Assembly: GCA_905178155.1 (NCBI GenBank) | Contig: CAJINV010000002.1 | Location: 10,334,146-10,398,145 of the forward strand | Reading direction: 5' to 3' | DNA: 64,000 nt | Source: Amoebophrya sp. A120 | Taxonomy: Eukaryota; Protista; Dinoflagellata | In this document: positions 11,106 to 24,200 of the stretch, in pieces | Numbering within the stretch: position 1 is the stretch's first letter | Layout of the letters: every line of letters begins with the position of its first letter | Translations under genes and position numbers: made by a program | The notes under the pieces: generated by a model | The model's database searches: none | What the model saw: only the letters and a program-made list of their open reading frames with translations | What the model was told of the DNA's origin: nothing

Positions 11106-14100
11106 CTAGACAACATTGTTTACGAACTGCTGGTACTGTTCGCTCAGGAACAGTTCCTCGCCAATCTCTACTGCCCCTGCGGCACTACTACCTGCTTCCC
11201 CGACCTTCCAGCTGTCGTCATTCGGTCCCAGACAGTGCACCCAGAGCTTGGGCGCCTTTGCCACGACGGTGTCGTAGTAGTCCAGAAAGGTCTCGAACGG
11301 CAGGGCTTTCAAAAACTCGATCGCTTTCAGCTTCCACGAAAAGTTGAAGCTGCGAAAGCTCACTTCGCCCCAGTGCGCCGAGAATTCCTGCGCGAGCTTC
11401 TTCGGTTTCTCTTCGAGTTTGGAGCACACTCCGTTCAGGAACTGCTGCCATTCGGACGTCGTGGTGTTGCTATTTATTGTTGTAGCGTGGTCCCCACCAG
11501 CGGTGGTGGAACTTGTCGGATTGTCGGTCATGTTGTAGAAAAAGTTGCTGTCGATCGTCGCTTGGCAGGGGGCGCTCACGTGATACCGGGACAGCAAAAC
11601 CTCTTCTCGAAAGTTGTTGAAGAAGGTTAGGATCCGTTGCTCGATCTCTGCGCAGTTCGTGTGACTGCTCTGCACGCGAAACTGCATCCCGGTCATACCA
11701 TTCACGAAGTCCGCGCGGGCGGACACCAAATACCCGAGCTGCTGTATTACAATGAAAAATGCCCCCACCCCCGAACTTGGGAGCATTTGCATTGCAAACC
11801 TTTCCAAATGAAACGTTCGCCCTCTTGCATCTATCAGCATCACAGGTTTCCAATCGTGAATTATAGCAAAAATTTGTATTGCAAAAGACCCCAGCAAGAG
11901 CGGCGCTTGTCATGCAAGCGATGCGATACACGACTAGACTCTGCATCAGAAAGATTCATACTCCTTTCATGCATGACAAAAAGTTTTCATTTGGAAACTT
12001 CGCATCACAAATTTTTGCAATTTCAGGGGTGGGGGGCATTTTTCACTGTAATATGCTGCTTGGTGCGCAAATCCGCAAAGAAGGGCTGAGCAAATAGCTG
12101 CGCGAGCATATTGAGAGGAAAAATCCCCCCTCCCCATATTGAAAAGGTATGTTTCCAAAAATTTGTGTTGCGGCTTTGAGGTCACAAATCACATCTGTCC
12201 TGCAAGAAGACAAGGGCAGAAGCTTCCGCCCCATTTTGGAAGCAATTTGTCACGCTGTTGGGCCTAAAGGGGGCCCGTTTCCCATGCTGAACTGCTAGAC
12301 CCATACGCCCCTACCTAGCCTGGGGATCTGGCCGCAGTGCCTCTCTGCAATACAAAGCTGATTTGTGGCCGCAAATCAGCATCACAAATTTCCGTTTTGA
12401 TATGGGGAGGGGGGATTTTTCATTTTCATAGAGCAGCATGTTGAGGGCGCGGGTCTGGATGACCTTCGAGATTTCCGCTTCGGACCGGCTTTCTGGCTTG
12501 GTCAAACAGTAGTTGCCGGTTTGAATGTACATCACCGTCGCGCTGTTTGGGTCGTTCGCGTTCGGCGATTTCTTCACTATTTTGCTGTCTTTTTCGACCA
12601 GCTTCACGCCTTTCTTGAAACCGGGCACAAGAACGGTATAATCTTCAGATGGGACAAGACCCTTTGCAGGAGACTGCTGTTCTTGTTCCTTCGCTTTACG
12701 TTTACAGCCTGTTGGACTTCTTTTGTCACGACCTTCCGTAGGATCAGTTGTCTTGTTGTTATAGAGGAACGGCAGATTTTTTTCCAGAATGCCGTGCACT
12801 CTGGCAATCGCATCCGCGGACAGGTTCCCTTCGACCAGTCCCTCGGCAATCAGCGGTCTTCTATCTGACGAAGAACTCGCGTTCCTTGTCTTCGTGTTTT
12901 GGAACAGATTGGCGAAACAGGTCCGCAGCGCGTCCAGCGTGAGTGCGCAGGGCTGGTCTACAACTTCCCCCGAAGACGATGATATTCTGGTCGATGTCCT
13001 GCCGCCGTTGGTCATCTTTAGGAGCCACTCGTACATGTCCTCCATGGGGTAATCGTTCATAGCGATGCTCTCATCCACGGTGCAGCTAGCCACTTCCAGA
13101 GGCTGCTTTTTAAACGCGGAGTTGAACCACGTTTTCAGCTTTCGCTGGATCAGAATTTGCAGCGAAGACTCCAACTTCTTCGTGTCCGGACTGGACTTCT
13201 TGTCTTCCGCAGATATTTTTACTGCAGTTTCTTTTGTTCTTTCATCTTCGCCCAAGACCGTCATGAAATTTTTCAACAACTCTTCCAGCAAAACGAACAA
13301 CTTGTCCGAGTACCCGCCGCAGAAAATCGTCAACCCGCCGAAGGAGTGCGTGACGATGTCGTAGTCCAGGCCGGAAATCTCGCAGTCGTAGAACACCTCG
13401 TTCAGATACTCCAAAATCGTCTGCACGGTGAACAGCGTCAGACAGTAGTTGTGGAGACTTTCCGCCACGAAATCGCTGTAGAGGTTGATCTTCAGGTAGA
13501 TCCGGGGCTCGTCGTACGGAAACAGTGTCGGCTTGAACAGGATCCTGTTTCTTGTGGGCGTGCTGGAAGATGAAATAGCGACTTCTTTTTTCCGGTACAA
13601 ACTGTGCACGTCGTCCGCAAACGCCTTGGATGCGCCAACTGCTCGTTGACGTTCTTGTCCGACTCCTTGGTGAAACGGCACGACGTCGCAGAATTTCTCG
13701 ATTCCGTTTTTCGCCGCGTTGTCGTTGAAATTGACGGTTTTTTTCAGCTCGAAGTCGACCGGAATGAACAGATTCGGCTTCATCACGAAAAACGCCTCAG
13801 GTATCTCCAGGAACGCGATCGATTTTTTCACTTCTAGTGCCAGTTTCGCGGACGAGGTCTGGTTTGTGATTTCCTGTTTTGCCTTGTTCCCCCCGTAACT
13901 GTTGAACTGCTGGAGTAAAGCGAGCTGGTCCAGCACCTTGTCAACCTTCGCCCACTGCGAAAGCAAAACGGGGTGTAACGCCTGCGGCTTCTTGTACTTC
14001 ACCCTGAAGAACGGCTCCAGCTCCGTCTTGTTGTGGTCTGCACCCTTCGACATTTCTGACGTCGGCGCAAGAACCTCTGCTCCTCCGGTAGAAGTGGAGG

Positions 14101-17100
14101 TTGCAGCAGCAGCAGCAGCACTGTCGTTGTTGTACAAATAATCTGCCGCGCAGCTGTTTTCGTGGAAGACCACCAGTCTCAAATTGTCCAGCCGGAAAAA
14201 CTCGAAGAACTCGCAGATCTCCCTTTCATTGTAGCGGTCTTCGTACAACAAAGTGCTCCCGGATATCCTGAGTAAAAGCGTCCCCGTCCTATAGTTGTAA
14301 TGCAAATCTGCATGCTGAAAATGTTTCTCATGCGGAGCCCCATGCGAAGCATTTTCTAGCCCTGTTTCGGATTTTGTCATGCCCCAATAAGCATGATGCG
14401 CTAGCTCTGTGATGCTGCTGAACTAGCTCAACAGGATTACACTACGAGGCCACACTTCTCATCAACATGCGCAACAACCAAAGCTTGTTGATTTGTCTAG
14501 CAGATTTCCCATCTTGACTATAGGGCGGGGACGTTCTTACACCGGATACCGGACAACAGTTCCTCTTTCGGGTACAGCAGCACGTTCCGACTCGCGGTCA
14601 AAACCGAGTCCACCGGGTCGGGAAGGGGCCGGTATTTAAACCGCAACTCCGCCAGGTCGCGCTTCTCCTCCCAAATGCGCCGAATGATACTGTTTTTCGA
14701 CGACGTCCCACTTGTTGGGCTGCTGGTTGTACTACCATTTGTTCCTTCTGAACTTGGTTCAGTTGTTCTTGTACCCGCTGCAAAGTTGTTGAGTATCAAA
14801 TCCTTTTTCAGCATCACCAGGTATTTGAAAACCAACTCGCCGATTTGCTTCAGTTCGAAGCCGGACTCCGCGAATTCCTTGGTCAAGCTGACCCGGATTT
14901 GAAACACCCCGGTGCCGCCCCCGTCGTAGTACATACCGGCGGACAAGCTCGTGCACAGGTTTTTCTCCTTCAAGAACGACAGCAGCGACCCGGGCCCCTC
15001 GTAGCCGAGGACGTGGCTCCAGAAACTGTCGGTCTTCTCCCGCCAAAACAGCCGGTCCTGTTCCGGGGTGAAAAACTGGAAGGCGAAGTACCGCTCTTCC
15101 TTCACCGGCTCGATCAAGGTGGCAACAGGCAGGTTGGGCATAGTCCTACTGGATGAAGAAGAGGGTGAAGAAGTTGTACTAGATGTTCCGTAGTTTGCAG
15201 ATGTTGTTGTACTTGTTAATCCTTGATTCGTGCTTTCTGGCAAGATTATGTGTTTCGCGATCTTCGCGACGCGGTTCTTGGCGTAGTGGCCAAACGCGTA
15301 CGGGAACTCTGGAAGCGCCACGTCCTTGTTTTCCACGGCGGCGAACCGGAGATTACTAGGATTAGGAGCGACAACCGCGTCTTTATCCGGAGACTTCTTT
15401 TCTTGCGGTGGCGAGACAATAAGCGGCGCATCCGAAGTAGCCGGAGTGGAAGTTTTCATCCCCCCAACCGCCATTTTCTCCAACTCTTCCAGGGATTATG
15501 GAACTGTCAGGATTGAAATCGTCAAAGTTGAAATAGTTTGTCATGCATAAAATGCAACGCAGAAAATGCCTGTCTTGCAGAGTAGGCAAGGGAGGCAGAT
15601 TGTAAGCCTATCTCGGGGTAGAAATAGAGCTGCTAAAGTAGCATGACAGAAGACGTCTTCCTTACCCAAACAGCATGACAGACTGGATCTCGGCTCTACC
15701 CAAACTTGTCATGCGCCACTTGCAAACTGGGTTGCAACTTTCATCCATTTTATGCATTACAAGTTATTTCAACTTTGTCGATTTCAATCCTGACACATCC
15801 ATAGGGATTCCCGTCCCAGTATCGCGACGCCCATCAAATTATCAAATGTAAAAATGTCTGGGTCTGGAAGAATGCGCGATTTGTCATGCGGCTTTTCCAT
15901 GACCCATGAGGTCTGGAATGCAGGACCTAGCATGACAGATTCTGTGCGATCTTTCTCATGCCTATCCTGCATGAGAAACTGCCTCCCGACTTGGTCAAAC
16001 CTGGACGACTTTTGGCAACCATGCAACACAGATTTTTGCATGCTTCAGATTTAGCATGACAAGTTGCATTCTTCCAGACCCAGACATTTTTGCATTTCAT
16101 ACAAATTGGCGGAGTAGTAGTCCTTGTGGAAATTGAGCAGAATCTCCCGAATGCTGTCCTTCTGCAGAGTTTCCAGGTTCCCCGTGCGAAAGTGGTTCAG
16201 CGGGTGCGACACATCCGCCTCGTTCTATCGCACGAAAAAAGTGTTTCACTGTAAGGATTTTGCAGGTTTTGCATCGCAAATTTGTTCTACATCACAGAGA
16301 AAATTTGCCATGCGAGATTCCTAAGGGAAAACACAGCTAAAAATCCATTGTCTTGCATGTGTGGCAAGACAAATACTTCCCAGATACATTTTCTGCGTTA
16401 CAAGTTTACAGTGAAACAGTTTTTTCTTGCGATACGTTCCGGAACACCTGCAGCGCCCTCCTGGCCTCGTTCTGCAGGTTTTTCGAGTGTTCGTATTGTG
16501 AGGAAAAATCCCCCCTCCCCATATCGAAAGCGGAATTTGTGTTGCTGTATTTGAGTACACAAATCACATCTGTCTTGCTAGAGAGGACTGCAGACCCATA
16601 TCAAGCCTGAGCAGAGACGCTTTGACTTAGGCGCTTAGCATGAGAAGCGTCCGTGATGTTGGCTCAACAGCATGACAAACCGCCTCCATAATGGGACGGA
16701 AGCTGCTGCCCTTGTCTTCTTGCAACACAAACGTGATTTGTGACCTCAAATCAGCAACACAGATTTTCGAAAACCTACCTCTTCAATATGGGGAGGGGGG
16801 ATTTTTCCTTGCGATAGTTCGCTGTCCACGGCGTGCATCTCGCGGTCCGTGCAGTTCTCGTCGAGCAGGGGCTGGAGGAAGAACTGACTGATCCGGTCCA
16901 CCGCCTCGTCCAGCTGTTCGGGCTTGACATACAGGTGGTACCTGGTCCAGTCGTCACTGGTGGAAGCGTTGCAGCCGCCCCCGTTTTTGCTCAAAAACTT
17001 CTTGTACGATTCCTCTTCCGGGTATTTCTCCGTCCCGAGGAACAGCATGTGCTCTAGGAAGTGCGCCAGCCCGTCCGTCTTGTAGGGTTTCTCGCACAGG

Positions 17101-17273
17101 CTGCCCACTTTCACGGACACCGCCACGGCCGCCTTGTCGCATTTTTTGTCGGAAATGAGGACGAGCTTCAGCTTGTTCGGAAGCTCTAGAATGCGGTAGC
17201 CCCGATCCTTGTAGGGCTCCGGCTTCTTCGTAACATCGAAAACCGCAGCGGGAGTTGCCGCAGCGGGCGCCAT
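11106..17273 (-). CDS. IDE: Insulysin / insulin-degrading enzyme-like M16A metallopeptidase; 8 exons, all 7 introns are introners
   Basis: GLAHFLEHMLFLGTEKYP (HXXEH), REMHAVDSE|HSKNLQN, F.TGNLETL, YYSANL|M, HVLGYEGPGSLLS, DLRTKQ|QLGYLV. Several motifs are completed only after element+TSD removal. Confidence 0.93.
11745..12053. mobile_element. Family-C introner, 309 bp; TSD TGCTG
   Basis: TIR tattacaatgaaaaatgcccccacccc / ggggtggggggcatttttcactgtaata. Near-identical to 35145-35449. Confidence 0.95.
12109..12430. mobile_element. Family-D introner, 322 bp; TSD GAGCA
   Basis: TIR tattgagaggaaaaatcccccctccccatat / atatggggagggggatttttcattttcata. Joins RALNMLL|AQLFAQPFF. Confidence 0.95.
14264..14548. 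mobile_element. Family-B introner (divergent), 285 bp; TSD CCGGA
   Basis: TIR tatcctgagtaaaagcgtccccgtcctatagt / actatagggcggggacgttcttacaccggata. Joins EELLSG|STLLY. Confidence 0.93.
15497..15803. mobile_element. Family-F introner, 307 bp; TSD GGGAT
   Basis: TIR tatggaactgtcaggattgaaatcgtcaaagttgaaata / tatttcaactttgtcgatttcaatcctgacacatccata. Joins ILGRES|LEELE. Confidence 0.93.
15840..16101. mobile_element. Family-A introner, 262 bp; TSD CAAAT
   Basis: Family-A TIRs. Near-identical to 60330-60591. Joins YYSANL|MGVAIL. Confidence 0.95.
16226..16434. mobile_element. Family-E introner, 209 bp; TSD CGTTC
   Basis: TIR tatcgcacgaaaaaagtgtttcactgtaa / ttacagtgaaacagttttttcttgcgata. Joins LQVFRN|EADVSHP. 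Confidence 0.93.
16494..16816. mobile_element. Family-D introner, 323 bp, inverted relative to 12109-12430; TSD GTTCG
   Basis: TIR tattgtgaggaaaaatccccctccccatat / atatggggaggggggatttttccttgcgata. Joins AVDSE|HSKN. Confidence 0.95.
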
Positions 17274-18235
17274 CTTCGTAGATGTTGTGTGCGTCAAAGT
17301 ATCGTCAGTAGGGAATGATTCAAACTTTGGACGAATCAAGGATGAAAAGCAGCTCCTGCGCGCATGTATTTGGTAAAGTAGGCTTTCAAGATGGGAAGTA
17401 CGGCGGGGAAATCTGCCTACTGGCAAAGAGAAATCATGTGTCGCTGATGAAAGTGCAAAGCTGCGTGTAGAGGCACAAGTCAGTGGGTCGAGGCCTAGTG
17501 TTCTGATTGCGTTCTTGTGCCACGTATTCAAATGGAGACCAAGTTGGATGCGATGCACAATGTCGTGATATCGATTCATATCAACTCTACGATCAAACTT
17601 TAGAATTTTCGCCAGATGATGTTGTTTATTGTTCTCCTAATTTTCGGAAGTTTCATCGTAGAAGTGATTTCAACGAGTTGTTTCCTACAGAATTTCGAAC
17701 TTGAGAAAAGTAGATCACTCGAGGATGTGGCGTAGTTCAGTCGTATTTATCGGTCGCAAACCGAAAGTCCTGTCGTCGATTGGTGTCTAGCGCAAGAGCA
17801 ATACCGAACCATGCAGATGCAGTGCCGGATGGAATGCAAGCTTTGGGATCTTGTGTCGAAGTTTAGGACCTCTGGACGAAACCACAAACACAGAAATGCA
17901 TTTGAATTTGATACGACGACAGGAAAAAAAAGAACAGCTACACTGGAGCGCCACCGGGTGCGGACACATATGTGATGACCGTCTACTTCTTGAAGATTCT
18001 TCAGAGCATAGTAGTAGTACACAAATAAGTGCGCACTCCATCAAACTCTCATTTTAACAGTCGGTACAGAGAGGAACAATGGAACTTCAAGAACTTCAAC
18101 TTCTTCTACCAGTGGATCAAACCAAAATAATGTAAAAAGAAACGGGAAGCAGTACAGTACTCAAAATCATACACTGACATGACGAAACGGAATTTTCTTT
18201 CTAATGTAGTACTTGTTTACAACGACCTCTATCTT

Positions 18236-21200
18236 CTAAGCATTTTTCTCAAGTATTCGTTTTTTCGCCGCCTCTTTTTTGCTAACCCCAGCCTCTCGCT
18301 GCACCACGTTCGGGTCAAAATCCTGGAAGCCGGTGGATGTCAAGTCGGATATGGGCACGGCGCCCGACGTAATGCCCGACTGAATCGATTGCATCGCCGC
18401 ACTTTGCAACATCGACGTCGCTCCATTGTTGTCCCGTTGGTGACTGTAGTTCACAAAGCTCGTTGGGGACAAGGATTGGATAAAACACTGCGACTGCACC
18501 GCCATCAGTTTACTTGTCAACCCCCCCATCGTCATGGTTTCCGCGGTCAACATATCAAAAGTAAAAATGTCTGGGTCTGGAAGGATCCGAACTTGTGATG
18601 CGCATTTTCGAACACAGAAAAATCTCTCATGCATAGGCAGCAAAAGCTGCTCAATTCTGTCACCAAAATGGGGGATTTCTCATGCGGGTTCGGCAGTACG
18701 GAGGCTTCTCGAAACCTGTGATGCTAGAGCTTCCATGCCAGACCTTCTGTGTCATGCAAAAACAGCATGAATCTTCCAGACCCAGACATTTTTACATTTG
18801 ATACAACAGCCCTCCGTTGGCCGCCGCTGCTCTTGCCTCCTCGTCCAGCTGCTCGTCGGCATTGCCGGCCTTGTCCGCCATCTTCGTCGCGAGCTTTTTC
18901 GCTTGGTGCAGCTGAAAACCGACCGCGACCAAGGCCTGCTCGGCCTCCGCCTGCATCACGACCTGTGAGATGCCGTCATCCACGCCCTGCGCCGTCAACG
19001 ACGGTAGCTGTGCTGTCGGCCCGTAGTCGAAATCGTCCTCTGCTTGTGCGCTTGTTTTCTCGTCTGTTTTCTCCACTTCGAGCAACAACGGAACGGCGTC
19101 CTCGGGCTGGTCTTCATAATTCGCCGGTTCTTTTCTGGCTTTTTTCTTCGATTTTCTAGCTCTAGAACTATCGACGGCGTTGTATGGGTCCTCCTCCTCT
19201 TGTTCTGGTGGAAGCAGGCAGCAACAACACATCTGCATGAACGCACTCGGCTTCTCCGCCTTTTGGGGTCCTCCTTGTGGTCTTTGTCCCATCTTTCGCG
19301 GTTCCTCGGGAGGTACAACAACTTGCGCTTTACTCTTCCGCTGTTTGTTCTCTTCCGCATCAATTTCAACCCCCTTCTCTTTCGACTTCCTGCTCGATTT
19401 TCTCGCAGAGGGAGCGTACTGTGCTGGGTTCGCGTCGAGTTCGTCCTCGATCTTGTCCTTCAATTCTTCGAGCGCCTCGTTCGTCAGGTTGCCGTCTGGG
19501 GCAACGCCGAGATCCGCCAGCGCTTGCTTTTCCTCGGCTGTGAAGTCCTCCGTGAGATGTTGAACCTCACTGCCAACGCTCTTGTTCACGATTTTCCGGG
19601 CCACCTTCTTCGCCAGCACCGGCTGGAAGCCTTGCAAGACGAGAATCTCTTCTGCGTTTCCAAAGTCCACGTCCGCGACCCGCATCGTCGACAGGTCGAG
19701 CGACACGCGCTTCTGCTTCATGGCCACCTGGCGTTTCACAAAACCCTCCATCTGCTCATTTAGTTCCGTGGCGCCACCGAAACCGCCGTACAGCGTCTCC
19801 ATGAGCTCCAGTTCCTTCGCGTTCATGTCTTGTTTCAACACCTCTATTTGTTCCAACTCTTTCTCGACCACTTTCTTCGCAAGCTTCTTTGCCGTTTGTA
19901 GAGAAAAACCGGCCTGGGCAAACGCCTCCTCGGAGGTGCCAAAATCAATGGCCACGTCGGCGGACAATTTTAAATTTCCACTCTCGTCCACCCCGTACTT
20001 CGCTTCGAGCTTCTGATGCAAGAGCCCACGCATCGTGCCCACCGTCTCGGTATCGCCGAACAGACCAAGGTGCCTCATGATCTGCAGATCTTTCTCGTTG
20101 TCCGCCTCTTCCAGCGCCTCCTCCGCGGTGAGGTCTGCGTTGGCGATCTGCTTCGCCACCTTCTTGGCATACTTCGCCGTCATGCCGGTCGAGAGAAGCG
20201 CTTGCTCGGCGATGCCTCGCTCTAAAGTCATGGCCGTCAGTGCCGTTTCTTGGCGCTTCTGCTCCCTCACCTGCGCCTGCACCCAGTTCGCGGTTTGTCC
20301 CACGGTTTCGCTGGCGTCGAACCCGAGGGTAGCGAGAAGTTTCAAAGTTTTCTCGTCCGCAACGTTCGCCAGATTCTCCTCCGCGTGCAGCTCGGGTGAC
20401 GTTGTGATTTTTTCCGCAATCTTCTTGGCATTTTGCGTATCCAAACCCGCTTTCAACAGTGCCTTCTCCGCAGCACCGTACTCGAGCTTGGTTTGCATAC
20501 TAGTGCCCAAGTCCTTGGGCAGCTTCTTTTTCATACGCTTGGCTGCCGCCTGCGCGTTGACCCACCCGCGCATCTGTGTCAAACCGGATTCCTTGTCGCC
20601 GGTGAAGCCGAGGGAATCCAACACGGTCAGATCTTTCTCGTCCTGGGGCAGGGGGAGCGCATCGAGATCTGGATCGTCTAATTTCCGGGCGAGTTTCTTC
20701 GCATACTTTTTCCCGATCCCGGCTTGTAGCAAGAGACTCTCCACTTCGGCGCGCTCCGGCGTTGCTGTGACCACCTGTTCCGCGCGCAATTTCTGTTTCT
20801 TTTCCACTTTCACGGTCGTCGCGCCGTCTGGACCCACGACCGCGTGCTCCGTCGGCCCGGCCTCCCGCGCCAGCGCTAGCTGCCGCTCCTTCTCGAGCTT
20901 GAGTTTCTTTTTCGTCTCTCTCACCCGTACCCGCATATTCGCCACCGTTTCCCCCTGTCCAAAACCAAGCTCTTCGAGTTTCTTCGCGTTAACCCCCGGC
21001 GGGGGCGCTGGGAGCAGGTCGGTGTCCAGATTCGGGTCGGCAAGTGCCACCGCAAGCTTCTTGGCGTATCCTTTGTCAATGCCGGCCTTGCGAAGCGTGC
21101 GCTCGGCGTCGGTCTGTTGTAGTAATTTTTTGCAAAAATTGTGTAAACGTATTAATGATATTCAAGTACTTCTCTACATGAGGCGTTCAAGATGAAATTG

Positions 21201-24200
21201 CGCGGCATCAAAATGGCAAACTGCACGGCCGTAATGGCAAGGCAAAAACAAAATCAAAATCGAATAGCAAGAAGTAAGTACGCGTTCCACAGTTGTTGCC
21301 AACTGTTTGTCCGCCCCTAGGCTACGGCGCTTCGATTTCTTTCCCGTCTGCAACGATGAACTTTCTGCGGTTTCCCCGGCCGCACGGTCGGATTCTCCAC
21401 TCAGATCCGCTGTTGCGCTTAGCTTCTTTTTCTTGTCCTTCTTGGAGCCCCTGAGCTCCGATTTTCCTGCCGTCTCGCCCAGTTCCGGCTCTGCTTCCGC
21501 GCTCAGATCAGCACCTGCATCCAGCTTCTTCTTCTTTTCCTTCTTGGAGCCGCGTAGCGACAGCTGCGTTGCGGTCTCGCCGGGCTCGGAATCTCGTTCC
21601 GTACTCACATCGCCGTCGCCTCCCAAGTCCTTCTTTTTCTGTTTCTTCCCCGACTTCAAACCCGTCCCGCTCGCCTTCTCCCCGGGCTCGGACGAGCGTT
21701 CGGCGGACAACTTAGCCTCCCTCGACAGCCGCTGCGAGTCCTTCTTACTCCGCTTCGCCCTTGTTCCCGCCAGCGCATTCTCCGACTCCTCGTCCGCTTC
21801 TGCCGCAAGAGCAGCCGCATCGACAGGCAACGCCCGTCCCCCGGCCGTTGCCTCCTGCAGCCCGAGCTTCTCAGCCCTTTCTTTCCCCTCATCGCTGCTG
21901 GCCGCCGCAAGCGTCTGCTCCTTGTCCAACTTCTTACTCCGTTTATTCACCTTCGACCCCTTCAGACTAGCCTTCGTGGCTCGCTGCCCGCTGTCCCGAT
22001 CGCTGCCGGTGTCCAGGTCGCTCTCCTTCCCGAGCTGCGCCTTCTTGGAATCCTTCTTCCTGCCGCCGATCACCGAGAACTTTGCCTCTTCCCCGGACTC
22101 GGCGGAGTCTTCGGTCTCCAGTCCCGCTTCCTTGTCCAATTTCTTTTTGGACGACTTCTTCTTCACGCTCTTAGCTTTCGCACTTCTCTTACCATGCTCC
22201 CCCGGGTCTGTGCCAGCCACCGCATCCAGATCGACCCCGGCGTCCAATCCGACAATGTTTTTCTCTCGTTTATTTTCTAGCTCTGCCGGCGCGGCCCGCT
22301 CCGCGGAGGCCGCGTCCCGTGGGGCGGACAAGTCGGCTTCAACGTTCAAGCGCAACCCGCCGGCCTGGTTCGGGACCAGCTCCGTCGGCTTCACGAGCTC
22401 CCGCAGCTGCTCGACGCTGAGGTCGTTACCCAAAAATCCGAGATTTTGCAGAGCCTTTTTGTCCTTGGCATTTTGCGGCGGCGGCAAGTTCTTGCCCTGC
22501 AGGTCCGGGTCGCCCAGGTGCTTGGCCAGTTTCTTCGCGTACGCGGTCTGCAGCCCCAGCTTCTTCGCCAACTCACCGGCGGTTGCCTCCTCCTCCGGCG
22601 ACAGAGTAGCTGCTTTTTTCAAAGATTTCTTCTTGCCCACCTTCCCGTTCTATCAAATGTAAAAATGTCTGGGTCTGGAAACTTGTGATGCTGGGTGGCG
22701 TCTCATGATGAGGCTCCAAATGCTGGCTCAGCATGACAAGTTTCTGAGCTCCTCGGTGTTGCCTATTCCGCATGACAAACTGCGCTTCTGCATCACAGAA
22801 AAACGGAGCTCTTGGGTAACGTACATGACAGATTTAACAGTCATGCCAGACAAGCATGACAAACATGAATTCTTCCAGACCCAGACATTTTTACATTTGA
22901 TACGCTCTTTGAGGACGACCGCGCCGACGACTCGGACTGTTCCGTGGACTCCTCGGTCAATACACTTTCGCTCGTCTCCGCGGCAAGCTCATATCCTATG
23001 TAAAAACGTCCCCACACCAGAGTCAAGCTGGGGGTCCAGCATGACAAGTTCATCTCTGTATTGTAGTGCAGTTTAGCAAGCACAGCCGCAACACAAATCC
23101 ATCTACGCATCCTGTCGACAGCATTACAAAGCGCAAAACGCGACTGGAAATGCCTCTCATGTGGATGCGCATTACAAATCTTCCTGTAGCTGCAAATCTG
23201 CATGACAACTCTGGGGTGGGTACATTTTTGCTCAGGATAGCTCATCCTGTTTCTTCTTCCGTCTTTTGTCCAACGACGCCGCGCCGGCGGTTCCTGACCG
23301 ATCCGAATCCGACGTCTCTCCGCTTAGCTCCCCCTTTTGGCTCTGCTTCGCGCGCCGCTTCTCCAGGGAAGCCGTGGCGGCTTTCGAAGTTGCCCCGCTC
23401 ATCCGAGTGGACGATTCTGCGTCCAGGGTCCGTTCCGCCGCGCTGTCGCGCCGGTTCCTCTGTTCGCTGGACCAGTTCTACTCTTGCTCCTCATACTGCA
23501 CGTTCGTTTCCGTCGTGGTCTCGCTGGAGTACTCGCTGCGCCGCCACTGATTGTCCGCCAGCACGCCCACGGCCGTCGCCGCCACACAACCCAGCAAGAA
23601 CAGCGCGGCGAAGACCAAAAACAGCCACATGCGCCACGGCGGTGGCGGAACCGCATAGATGATCAACACAGTCGTGGTCGTGGTTGTGGTAGTCGTCGTG
23701 GTAGTGGTAGTCGTCGTGGTAGTCGTAGTTGTTGTCGCCGGTAGGCAGGCGATAACGCGCAGGCAAGTCTTGCCCCCGTTGTCGCCGGCGGCCGTCAGAA
23801 AGTGGTTTTCGCCGTTGACCACACGCAGCCGCTCGGGCACGAAATTATCCTTGAAGCGGAAGTGCAGGTCGTTCGCGTCCTTGTTACCCGCGGCGAAAAC
23901 CTGCCAGCTCCCCGCAGTGCCAGGTCCGTTGCTTTCCAAATTTGCGAGCGTGTCCACCGGTTTGAAGCGGAAGTCGCCCTGGCGGTCGCCCAGCCGGTCT
24001 GCCCCCGCCCAGTCCTTGCGAATGGCGTTGACATCGCCGCGGACCGGCGCAATGGCGTTGCCGTTTTCGCCGGGCTGGACGATCCACAACGACAGCGCCC
24101 CGTCCCGACTACCCCACTTGTCCGGGTAGCAATTGGCCGCGGGGACTCCACAGGTCATCCCCGGACCCATGTCATTACCTTTTGTGTAACCGGCGCTTAC

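Noticed and set aside
15784-16054. Recurring ORF peptides [10 protein letters not shown] / [10 protein letters not shown] / MSGSGR in many short ORFs
   Set aside because: They are translations of the family-A TIR, not a protein domain.
20035-22662. Long plus-strand ORFs (386 and 451 aa; also 32308-33450)
   Set aside because: Antisense shadows of K/E/A-rich minus-strand coding sequence.
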